Source: Eremomyces bilateralis CBS 781.70 (lineage: Eukaryota). Taken from it: a stretch of DNA of 64,000 bases. Position 1 is the first letter of the stretch. Every line of letters starts with the position of its first letter. The stretch lies in the NCBI GenBank assembly GCA_010015585.1, contig ML975155.1. One strand, written 5' to 3'. The notes under the pieces are model-generated. The model was not told where the DNA came from, did no database searches, and was given only the letters and a program-made list of their open reading frames with translations. A program made the position numbers and the translations under genes. This document shows, in pieces, positions 1 to 10,488 of the stretch.

Positions 1-939
1 TCGCAAGCTCTGAGAGTTCCCCCTTTGGCGCGCTGGGCGGCAACACATCCAAGTCCCCCAGCCCCTTCGGTAGCATGATCCCACCGTCCTCCAACACCGC
101 TACGACCACCAGTTTCGCAACGAGCCAAGGGGACAAGTCGCCGTTCGGCGCGCTCGGTGGAGCGGGGTCCTCCAAGCTTGGAGGTTTTGGGAACAGCGGG
201 TTCAGCAGTGGATTCGCGTCGTTGTCCAAAGGTCCGGGGTTAAGTAGTTTTGCTGGGAGCAGCAGCACGGGAGGAATTGTCGGGTTGAGCGCCAAGCCTG
301 CGAAGCCGTTCGGTACGGCTGTGGACGAGGATGAAGACGATGAGGATGAAGGCAGCGGGGAGGACGAGAAGGAGGAAGCCGCTCCCCCAAAGGATACGGA
401 TGAAGGGAAGAAAGATAAGCGGTTCTTTGAGCGCACGGGTGAGTCCTGATGTGGCATTCAATGGACGTCTTCCGCTAATGCAGTAGCAGTGGAAACTGGG
501 GAGGAGACTGAGACTACAGAATTCACGAGCAGGGCCAAGTTGTTCGCTTTCCACAAAGACGCAAATGGCGGAGGGGCTTGGAAAGAACGGGGAACGGGAA
601 ACCTCAAGCTCAATACTGCCGAGGGGGATGGCAAATCCGAGGGCAGAAAGGCACGCCTGCTTCTAAGGGTCGACGGAACCCATAACTTGGTGCTTAATAC
701 CCCGATCATCAAGGAGCTCAAGTTCCACGGCGTCAACAGCGACAAACCGAAGGACGGACGGGTCATTTTCTCAACCTTTGTGAAAGGCGAAAAGGGCGTT
801 GAACCCGTGCTGATGCAATTACGGGTACGGAGACTTCGTCGCTTCCTTCTCGGCACCCATTGCTAACATATCGCAGCTCAAGCCGCAAAATGCGGAGGAT
901 CTGTGGGAGCTGGTTCAGGACCTGAAGGCTCAGATGTAA
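1..939 (+). CDS. RanBP1/Ran-binding-domain protein (Nup2/Yrb2-like), 5'-truncated by the window edge
   Basis: FG-like SPFG repeats and an acidic linker, then RanBD motifs ETGEE...RAKLF...WKERGTG.LKLN...RLLLR.DGTH.LVLN. Introns at 439-489 and 825-876; TAA at 937-939. Confidence 0.85.
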
Positions 940-1371
940 GGGTGTACTCCCGGTATTCCGAATGCGAGGCACGAAACGTTAGTCAATCGAAGGAGCCGGG
1001 AGGGGCTTGGGACGTCACTTGATTATCAAATTCTCATACCGTGCGAAACGAGGATACGGCATGCCATGGGTGGATTCGTTGGGCTATTAGACGCGTTTGA
1101 GGCAAGCGCCAGGGAACGAGACCATCGTAGACTAGAGCACATGGAGGCACACTGCTGAAATTCACACATTGGATGAGGATATCGAATGAATTCATCTATG
1201 CCACTATCCCCCGAATGGTCATCTCCATCCGACCCGATGATGTAAAGGCTAATTTGACACACGGGACGCCGATTCTTTTTCCTATCCTCAGAGAGAATCT
1301 CAAAGAGAGAACCTCAGAGAGAAAGGGGCCATATTTGGACCATGCAGTGTAAAGCGTAAAAAACCCACCGC

Positions 1372-2050
1372 TCAAACGATCGAAAGCTTCGTAGCCGCGA
1401 TGTCGAGGGCGTCGACATCAGGCGTCAACCGGGCGTAGGCCTTCTTGGTGCCGTCCGGACTATTCGTCGTTAGTATACCACCCATTGAGAAATCGCCGTA
1501 GCATACACCTACCGGATGAGGGTGTTGATCTTCAAGCAATCAATGTTATACAGCTTCTTCAGCGCATCCTTGATTTGCCTCTTGTTCGCCTTGATATCCA
1601 CGATGAACACCAGGGTATTGTTCTCCTCGATCTTCTTCATCGCGCTCTCGGTGTTGAGCGGGTGCACGATGACCTTGCCCTGGTCGAGGCGCGGCTCATG
1701 GTGGACGCTCTTGCGCTGGTATTTGGGCGCGCGCGCGAGCACGAGGGTCTTGGGGCGGTGGAAAGTGGTGCTGGTGCGGACCTTGCGGACTTTGTGCGAG
1801 TTGACCTATATTGTGGAAAATACAAGCCGTCAGCGATGCTGTGCTGACACGCCTCTCTAAGAGTCCGATGGGGTTCATGGCGGGTGGGAGCTTACACCGC
1901 GCAGAGTTGCCTTCGCGGCCGCGTTGGCCTTGGTGGAGGACTTGGAAGCTATTGGGTCGGTTAGCGGTGACATTCGATAGAAGGGGGAAAATGCTCGTAG
2001 TCGAGCGGATTGACGGTCGTACCCTTCTTCTTGTCACCGGACGGCGCCAT
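1372..2050 (-). CDS. RPL25: 60S ribosomal protein uL23 (L25/L23a)
   Basis: Four exons splice in frame (2050-2023, 1948-1896, 1805-1513, 1459-1372), giving MAPSGDKKK...TFHRPKTL...[20 protein letters not shown]...[17 protein letters not shown]. Confidence 0.97.
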
Positions 2051-2352
2051 TTTGTGTGATTGAGGATGACGAGGTGGATGAAAAGTCGTGATACTGGCGA
2101 TGGAGAAGTTGTTGAAAGTGAAGTTGTGTGTGGTTCGCTTCAGTGTGTGGACGCTAAATCTAATCGGGGATAGCGCTAATTCTGGAGCGCTGTCTCTCAT
2201 TGGCTAGGATGGTTTCTCAATTCAACGACTGCCATGTTTTTCATGGAGCCTCTCTGGAATCGGGATCCAAGTCAGCTCAAATCCAGAATCTTATTTCAAG
2301 AGAACTCTAAAATATAATATGAGGACCATAGTCTCCCTAAAGGCATGCAGCA

Positions 2353-3291
2353 ATGGGAGCGAATCGTAAGCCCTCGAAACAGGGTTCGTTGCGGGCAAAG
2401 TCCCTCTCGGCCTCACGACCACGACCACCACGGGCAGCCCTATCTCAGAATCTCTCCTCCAAGGCTACAAGGACGGTGATCCGAAAACATCATGTCCTAC
2501 AGAAGCAGCTTTCCGCAGCTCGTGCGTCATCCGACCAAGAAACCATACAGCGAATCGAAACCGAAATCCGGGAGACTGGTGGCTTGACGGCCTACCAGAA
2601 CGCGAGCCTCGTGGGGCAAAGCAACCCTCGTGGAGGCGATAGCTCCAAACTGTTACTCGAGTGGCTAGAAGCCGACCTGTCACGAATCGGCAAATCTGGA
2701 AAACGGTTGCGGCTCCTTGAAGTTGGCGCGATCCATCCGCGAAATGCCATCACTGTCCAGTCGGCCATTGAAGCCACCAGGATTGACTTACGGAGCTCTC
2801 ACCCAGACATTGAGCAACAGGACTTCATGGACAGGCCAGTGCCCCGAAGCGAGGACCAGAAGTTCGATATCCTCAGTTTAAGCCTGGTCCTTAACTATAG
2901 TGGGACGCCCGCATCGCGAGGGTTGATGTTGGCCCGATGTGCGCAGTTTCTACGCGAAGATTCTAGCCAATTGAGCGGACAAAGTCTCAAGAATACCACG
3001 GTCTTAATCCCGGCCCTCTTCCTCGTCCTTCCGCTACCCTGTGTGACTAATAGCCGATATCTTACGCTCGATCACCTCCAGGATATCATGAAGGCTCTGG
3101 GCTTTGCGATGACGAAGTGCAAGCAAACGCAGAAGCTGTCATACACACTATGGCAATATCACCATCATGGAACACGAATAGAGAGCAATACCGATGAGGG
3201 AGGCCGTCTAGGCGTCAGATCTCGACGATTTTCGAAGCAGGAATTGAATCCAGGTGTCGGACGAAACAACTTCTGCGTCGTCTTGGAGTGA
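2353..3291 (+). CDS. BMT2: 25S rRNA adenine-N1 methyltransferase Bmt2
   Basis: Single 312-aa ORF with GGL.AYQ.AS..GQ...RGGDSSK.L..WL, LLEVGA, IEQQDFM and SLSLVLNY motifs, ending RNNFCVVL. Confidence 0.9.
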   Translation: MGANRKPSKQGSLRAKSLSASRPRPPRAALSQNLSSKATRTVIRKHHVLQKQLSAARASSDQETIQRIETEIRETGGLTAYQNASLVGQSNPRGGDSSKLLLEWLEADLSRIGKSGKRLRLLEVGAIHPRNAITVQSAIEATRIDLRSSHPDIEQQDFMDRPVPRSEDQKFDILSLSLVLNYSGTPASRGLMLARCAQFLREDSSQLSGQSLKNTTVLIPALFLVLPLPCVTNSRYLTLDHLQDIMKALGFAMTKCKQTQKLSYTLWQYHHHGTRIESNTDEGGRLGVRSRRFSKQELNPGVGRNNFCVVLE

Positions 3292-3486
3292 CACAGTCAT
3301 TCCAGGCAAGGTGTCAAGATCTAAACATTATATGGCCAAGGTATTATATACTAAAGCTACAATCTTGCCAACCCAGGGAGTCCGCAACGCTTCCGGCAAT
3401 GCTCTATTAAATGTCAATGATGCGCAAACATTCCAGCAGGTGGGTATCAGATTCCAGAAAGGGAGCAACACTCTTGCGTATCGATA

Positions 3487-5808
3487 TCAATATCCGACGA
3501 CATCTCTGGGCAGAATCGCTGCTATCGTGCTGGCAATAGCGAGCAACGTGCTTATGCTCATGCAGACCCAACCATAAAGACGCTCGCCTGGACCCATGTC
3601 CTTATAAAAGAGCTTCAAATGGAAAGCAAGGGGCAGGATGATGCAACCCGAAAAACAGCAGACCGAACCAAGCAGCGCCATTATGCGGTCGAATGCGGGA
3701 AAAACAATGGCGAGGAAGACGAAGATGACAATCAAGGCGATTGTCAACAAAATGCGAAAGAATTGCCGCGTGGCGAGAGGCAGCCGGGTGGTTGCGTGAG
3801 GGTTCTGAGGCCCTGGATCTTGCGAGATATGGAGACCTATGATGACTTCGAGGGTCGAGAGTACTGGACGAGCGCTTCCAGGTTGTCAGCTACGTCCGTT
3901 CGGATGCTTTGTGAGACAGGATAGTCCAACTTACTTGAGGGGGGCCTTGGTCAAGGGGATGATGGCGACACAAATGACGATGAAGATAGAGATCCATTGC
4001 GGGTATCCAGGGGTCATCAGGATATTAGAGGTGATCTCCTCTCGAACACCATCGCCGAACATCAGGAGGCCGACCACTGCCATCAGCAAATCGAGCAGAT
4101 ACTATCAACGACATCAGCTAGGCGACATTTCCGAAGTGCGTTCATCCCTTACCGTGAACACATAAGTGATGTTCACTGCTCTGTGGTACTTGTGTGGGTG
4201 TCTCATGTCTCTATAAATATTCGGGAAGACGCTGTGCCCTCCCCATGGGCTCATCAGCAACCCAAACCCAAGCAATAGCGTTCCCCAATGCTCGGGCCAT
4301 GCGTAGGTCGTGGCAGGGGAGAGTAAACTTCCCGGTTGTTCTTCTTTGATGAAGCCATCTGCAAGGACCGAGATGGTAATCCCAAAGCAGCAAATAATTC
4401 CGAGCACTGACGTGAAGGAGAGAAGTCGGAGTGGTAGGAATACCAGTGGGATGAGGATTATGCCACAGATGATCTTCCAAGTCACGAGGGAGAGTCCTGG
4501 GATGAGAGCGTCTAAAGAATCCGCAAACAGGATGACGAGAGCAACGCATGCGGCAATCAGCTCCACGGAGAAGAGCACAGAAACCGCAATACGCGCGCGA
4601 GAGCCAAAAGAAACATAAGCGAGGTCTGCGAAGGTGACCAGACTCGAATCCACATCCAAGCATTTCGCGAGAAGCTTGGCCGTGTGCTGCGTTACAAGAA
4701 CGGCAGCGAGGAAAAAGCTCATTCCGAGTACCCATCCGCAATACTTCAACGCCAATGGCAGGGACAATAGACCGACGCCGATCAGAACATTGACGGAATT
4801 GAAAATAGTCTGCGGCAACGTGCTCTGCCCCACTACCGCGGTGTATTTGACACCATCTTCCTCGACTTCCCGGATGATCAGCGACGCTCCCTCGTCGTCC
4901 CCAGGGATGAAGTCTTTATCCAACGTAACTCCTTCCCCAAGTGCAACCCGCTCCCCTTCTCGCTGGCGCTCTTCCCATAACCGCGCCGCATGTCTCATGG
5001 TACTGTTCCTCCTCGAACCCACGCTGCCGTACATGGTTCCATAGCTGCCGCCAAACTGCGAGCCAATTGACGGCTCGATGCTCAGCGGCCCGGAGTCAGA
5101 CCGGAACGACGCACGTCGGTGTTGCAATAGCCGGGCAGTTACCCCTTGATCCAAATCATGGTCCGGCGTCCCGCTTTCGTCGGTGCTCGTGGCGATGGCG
5201 GTGTCTCGAAACGGGTCCGAGGTATTCCGCGGGTCCATATCCGGCCTCATGAATCCTCCTCGCGAATTCGGCGAGCCTATCGCTGATTGGTCCCCATCGT
5301 ATCCGCTCGGGCTATCCAGACCAGCCTGCGAGTCATCCTCGTAGAACCCTTCGGGGAATTCGCCGGCCGTAGTCCCATCGGGATGCGTGTCGGATTGAAA
5401 GCGGAAGGATGGTCTTGCCGGAGTGATTTGATGGAAGGCGGCCGCACGGGTCCATGATCTGGCGAAGTTATCGATGCTGTTTACGCCGCCTGCGGAACGC
5501 AGGTTGGAGATTCGGAGAGACATGGACGACCTAAGATTTGTTAGAGAGGGTGGGACTTGTGTAATGTGTACCACGGGGTCGGAATGGAGTCGCCATGGAA
5601 TATAAAGATCGGATTGTACACCGGCATACCTTCGCCTTCGTAACTCCGAATCTCCATAGTGATCCGGCGGAAATAGTTGATGTCCTCCCTCCTCGTCTCT
5701 TGCATCCACTGCCCATTGAACATGACTGCCGGTTGATCCCACCGATCCTGAACGCGAGCCATGCTCATATTGCCCCCATGTCGTCGGCTGCTTTCCCGGA
5801 CTCGGCAT
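3487..5808 (-). CDS. AVT1: Vacuolar amino acid transporter (AAAP family, Avt1-like), multi-exon
   Basis: GQSTLPQTIFNSVNVLIGVGLLSLP and GGHSVFPNIYRDMRHP motifs, many hydrophobic segments, last exon FPAFDRIMALLGS... Confidence 0.9.
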
Positions 5809-7648
5809 CGCCAGGTCAAAAGAAGATAACGCGGAAAGACAATTGGATGTGGGGAGGTGTGCGGGGCAGGCTCAGTCTCGAAGTGGGACGACCGCACGAG
5901 ACTGCGGACACGGCAATGGAATCACAAAACGCGACGAGGCCTAATCATGCATAATATTAATACTTCATCACAAGAAGGGAGCGATAGGGAAGGTTTATGG
6001 AAGATGTCGAGTCTCATGAACAATAAATGATTGTGGACCTATTTGGCTCGAGCGGGAAGGCTAGAAGCGGCCCACGAAAAACGATGGAGGCGACAACAGG
6101 GTTCAATTGTTGAGGGATAAGCTAGATCCATCCCATATCAATTATCAAGTGTCCGGTGATTGACAGCAGAAAATCGCTTTGTTCGCACGATCCCAATTCC
6201 CAACCAGTCCGCGCCATCGTCATGGAAACTGGCCATGTATAAACGCAGTCGGCTCCACTTGGTGGATATTTGAGAGACTTGAAGTTGTCGGCCATCACGA
6301 GCATCCGACCAGTGACGACATGGAAGTGGGAAAAGTGTGCTGATGGCAAAGCTATCCACAGCCATGGTCCAGTTTAGGTTCAGTGTGATAGCGATTCTTG
6401 AGTTCGGATTGGCTAATATTGTTGAGCCTCTCGGGATCCTGCATCCATCATGGCAGAATGAGTATACGGAGTAAGTAATATCATGACTAACTAACTTAGT
6501 CGTATTACAAACATAATGCCAGTTATTCATCGCTTGAAATACCGCATTCCAAAGAACATAGTTCCTCGAAAGTCGAAGTCATATATCCAGGCCAAAGTTA
6601 AGATAACAATACAGAATATTAGTATTGTTGGACAGAGTAGATAGAGCATAGAGGTAGCGGACTCAAATTTCCTTCCTATTCAACACAGCAGCAATATCAG
6701 AGTCCGCTTCACGAGATCCGGTGCCAAATAAATCCCTCTGCTAATTGCTCGGTCTGTAAGGATGAGTTTAATGTCACCGACTCCCTTCTAGGCATCCATA
6801 ATTCCCGCGATTCGGTTCATCACCCCCTGCCCAGCAGAAGATCGGATGGACTTGATGCCTTTGGCATACCGCCTAGCGATATTCTTGGTCCTTAAATCGA
6901 CCCAGGGACTGATTCCAACTCAGTGGCCGACAATATTTCGCAACGCGATTAGGACATGACATCTGGTTTCGCACGATCAACATTGTGAGAGTTGTTGCAT
7001 GCGTCTACTCGGCAGTGGGCTCGGATATCCAGCAGCTGGGCAAATACTGGGGTAGGGAGGGGATTTCGACCAACTAATATTGGGCGGCTGCAACCATTAG
7101 CGAGAAATATAAACCTTATGGTGAATTGTAGAACAGTGCTGTATTCGCTACTAAAGGATTGAATCCATATTGTGTATAGGTTGAGCTTGGATCGACTCGT
7201 GAAGTTTGATAACTTTACTGAGTGATCGGGCGGGGTTGAGTGTCTCCTGAGTCCTGAGTCCTGAACCATCCAGCTCAGCTATAATATTACAGAATAAATA
7301 ACACTCTGTGTCATTGGCCGTGATTGATTGAGCCAGAGTTGCTTACTCAGTAACGAATTTATCTATTAAAGTTTAGTTCCATAGCGGGGATGAGCCTGAC
7401 TGTGTCTCAAACCCGAATTAAATTTTGACCCAAACGTCGCCGCTTTCGCCAATCCTCAACTTTACCACATTCATTCTCACCACGTCATCTCCCCTTCGAA
7501 AAGTTCGCAGATATCCTTTCTGCAGAACACTTCTCTCATTTGCGCTCCCCTTGTCAATCGTATATTGACAAGCCTTTGCGCCACGGAGCCCGAAAAACCC
7601 TACGTCATTCTCATCCTCCATCCCGCTCCTCCAGCCCCCTAAGCCAAC

Positions 7649-9075
7649 ATGAGCGCCCCACAGGCCAACGAGGCGGAGAAGAATATCGAGATATGGAAGG
7701 TCAAGAAGCTCATCAAGAGGCTTGAGTCTGCTCGTGGTAACGGCACCTCCATGATCTCGCTCATTATCCGTAAGTTCTTGCATCCCTTGGCAGAGCGTGG
7801 GGATGCTGGTCGCTAACGGAGTTCTTATAGCTCCCAAGGATCAAGTCTCACGAGCGTCGAAGATGTTGGCTGAAGAATTTGTACGTGCAACTCCTGCCTG
7901 GTGCCCTGGAATATCGGATCGACTGACAGCTCGGTCAGGGTACCGCCTCCAACATCAAATCTCGTGTCAACCGTCTCTCGGTTCTCTCCGCCATCACAAG
8001 TACCCAGCAGCGCCTGAAGCTGTATTCCAAAGTCCCTCCGAATGGACTAGTCGTCTACTGTGGTGAAATCATCACCTCCGAAGGAAAAGAGCGCAAGATC
8101 AACATCGACTTCGAACCTTTCAAGCCGATCAATACGTCTTTGTACCTATGCGACAACAAGTTTCATACCGAGGCTCTTTCCGAGCTTCTTGAATCTGACC
8201 AGAAGTTCGGATTCATTATCATGGACGGTAACGGAGCTTTGTTCGGAACTCTCAGCGGCAATACGCGCGACATCGTCCACAAGTTCTCCGTCGATCTTCC
8301 GAAGAAGCATGGTCGTGGTGGTCAGTCCGCCCTGCGTTTCGCGCGTCTTCGAGAGGAGAAACGTCACAATTACGTCCGAAAAGTGGCAGAATTGGCCGTC
8401 CAAAACTTTATCACCAACGATAAGGTCAACGTCGCCGGCCTGATCCTGGCCGGTTCGGCCGACTTCAAAAACGACTTGAACCAATCGGACCTGTTCGATG
8501 GGCGTCTGCAAGCGAAAGTCATCAAGATCGTGGATGTTTCATATGGTGGCGAGAACGGTTTCAATCAAGCCATCGAGCTGTCCTCGGAGACTCTCTCCAA
8601 CGTCAAGTTCATTCAAGAGAAGAAGCTCATCAACAAGTACTTCGATGAGATTTCCCAAGACTCTGGGAAGGTTTGCTACGGTATCGATGATACCCTCAAG
8701 GCCCTCGAACTAGGCGCCGCTGACATCTTGATCGTCTTCGAAAACTTGGAAGTGACTCGTTGGACGCTCAAGAGCAGCCAGGGAAGCGAGATCATCCTCC
8801 ACACCACCAAGCAACAAGAGAAAGGCGACCGTTCCCAATTTATGGACAAGGACACCGGGCAAGAGATGGAAATCATCGAGCAAGGATCGTTCCTTGAATG
8901 GCTTGCGGAACACTACCGCGACTTCGGCGCCAACCTCGAGTTCGTCTCCGACCGAAGCTCCGAGGGCAACCAGTTCGTCAAAGGCTTCGGTGGCATCGGC
9001 GCCATCTTGCGCTACAACGTCAATTTCGAACAGCTAGCCGATTTCAGTGACGAAGATGAATTTTATGACGACTGA
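7649..9075 (+). CDS. SUP45: Eukaryotic peptide chain release factor 1 (eRF1)
   Basis: Exons 7649-7769, 7831-7880 and 7939-9075. Contains [15 protein letters not shown] and GRGGQS (GGQ) motifs plus the C-terminal [11 protein letters not shown]. Stop is TGA at 9073-9075. Confidence 0.98.
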
Positions 9076-9318
9076 CGGTTGGGCGACCTCGCCTACGAAA
9101 GCGAGGATGCTTTATTCGAGCCAGTGACGCCGGGCCATGCCGCGCCCGAGGTGGATCTGAGGGCATCTCGCGAATTGAACAAGCAGCTCGAGAACGCGGG
9201 TGGAGCTGGCGGGGTGCAGAAGCAGCTCAAGAATGCGGGTGGAGTGGGAGGAGTGCAGAAGCAGGTCGAGAAGGAGGGGAGGGGGCATTTGACGCCGGCA
9301 GCGAGGGCACGGTTGTGA
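9076..9318 (+). CDS. Putative stop-codon readthrough extension of eRF1 (80 aa, ends in PTS1-like ARL)
   Basis: In frame with eRF1 directly after TGA-CGG and open for 80 codons. Contains a 13-aa internal repeat and ends ...AARARL-TGA. Confidence 0.6.
   Translation, partial: RLGDLAYESEDALFEPVTPGHAAPEVDLRASRELNKQLENAGGAGGVQKQLKNAGGVGGVQKQVEKEGRGHLTPAARARL
9181..9275 (+). repeat. 39-bp tandem repeat (about 2.4 copies) within the eRF1 extension
   Basis: Units start at 9181, 9220 and 9259 and read KQLENAGGAGGVQ / KQLKNAGGVGGVQ / KQVEK. Confidence 0.9.
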
Positions 9319-9355
9319 AGTGATTCGCATATATGCTACGGGGATCGTTTGAATG

Positions 9356-9406
9356 GTCAGTAGGAGTTTCTTCTAGCTAATCTACCCACGCGGCTAACAA
9401 TCGTAG
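9356..9406 (+). promoter_or_regulatory. Predicted 3'UTR intron of the eRF1 mRNA
   Basis: Donor GTCAGT (9356), branch GCTAAC (9393-9398), acceptor TAG (9404-9406). At 51 nt it matches the size of other introns in this window. Confidence 0.7.
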
Positions 9407-10488
9407 GACGTTAAACGAGCGCCGAAAATATTGCGCAACATCAAATTTGCAGCCTGCAGCTCTATCGGTGCCCTCCGATAATCTGTCACATCATGTTTTT
9501 GGAGGGAGCAGCTTCGCCAGCATGATGCCGGATTGACAAGCCGCGGCATGCGTTGACGTCCCACGGGATTTCGCCATTTACCGCAGCTTCATGGCGGAGG
9601 TCCTCGGATCCGTGCTACCATGATCCGACAGGAGGGTTCCAAACTTGGCTGGAGTATCGATGCCGCGCAAGTCGAGGCAAGGGCACCTAAGGATTTCAAA
9701 GACGGAATCTCCAACTCACTCTTTTGGGTCTCCTTTGTACCAGTCATCCTTTCCATGGCTTATATCAAATTGCAAACCAGTTCATGTCTGCCGAACTTTC
9801 TCTATGTGAAACTCTAGCCGGTCATTTCATCTAGGTGTGGAAGTCAATTAACCAAGCCCTTTTATCGGACATGCCATTTTCAGCCCTTAGGTCTGTATAA
9901 CCTGGCATGGCTCTTTTCCTGACACCTCTTAGCGTCCCAAGGCAAAACGAGGTTTGGTATGGCTCCAATGACTGCTGCAACAACAGCGGTGTCTCTACGA
10001 TGAGATTTAGACATTATTCGAACACTTCCAAACACTTCCAACGGTTCGATCTGCTATATTACTCCTTATTTTTAATTCCTCTCACGGAGTGGCTCCCGCT
10101 ATCCCTGTTCCAGGTCGATGTCTATCTTAGCCGAACGTCGGCCAGCAAAGGTTTCACAACGTTAAACTCGACCACAACATGTCCGTTTCCTTCCCATTTA
10201 ATGTATCCGTACACTGCGCAGTAATCTATGCGGATTTTCTGCTAGTGTATGATATGAAAGAAGTTGGATTTCTGTTTTCACATTCACTGTAATGGATGCA
10301 GCGGCTCCAGCTGGTGTCTCGGGTTTGGACGTTCTTTCTTGTTTCTTGGGATGCCACTGCAACTGGCGACGAAGTCCAACACTACTCTACAACTTCTTAG
10401 ACTCCAGCTCCTAAACGACGTAATTGCTGCACGATATTGTCTACGTCCAGTTTAATTCATTTCATAGTTATCTAAGTCCTCAAGCAAA

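Noticed and set aside
1286..1324. Short CTCAGAGAGAA-type triple repeat between the RanBD and RPL25 3' ends
   Set aside because: Ordinary low-complexity 3'UTR repeat with no further structure.
6795..6815. Group I intron P-element-like AATCGCGGGAA on the minus strand
   Set aside because: No Q, R or S elements at suitable spacing.
6122..7269. Possible decayed gene; DGCRIPRGSTILAN resembles a cytochrome P450 segment
   Set aside because: No ExxR, PERF or heme-binding motif could be found in adjacent frames. One short match is not enough.
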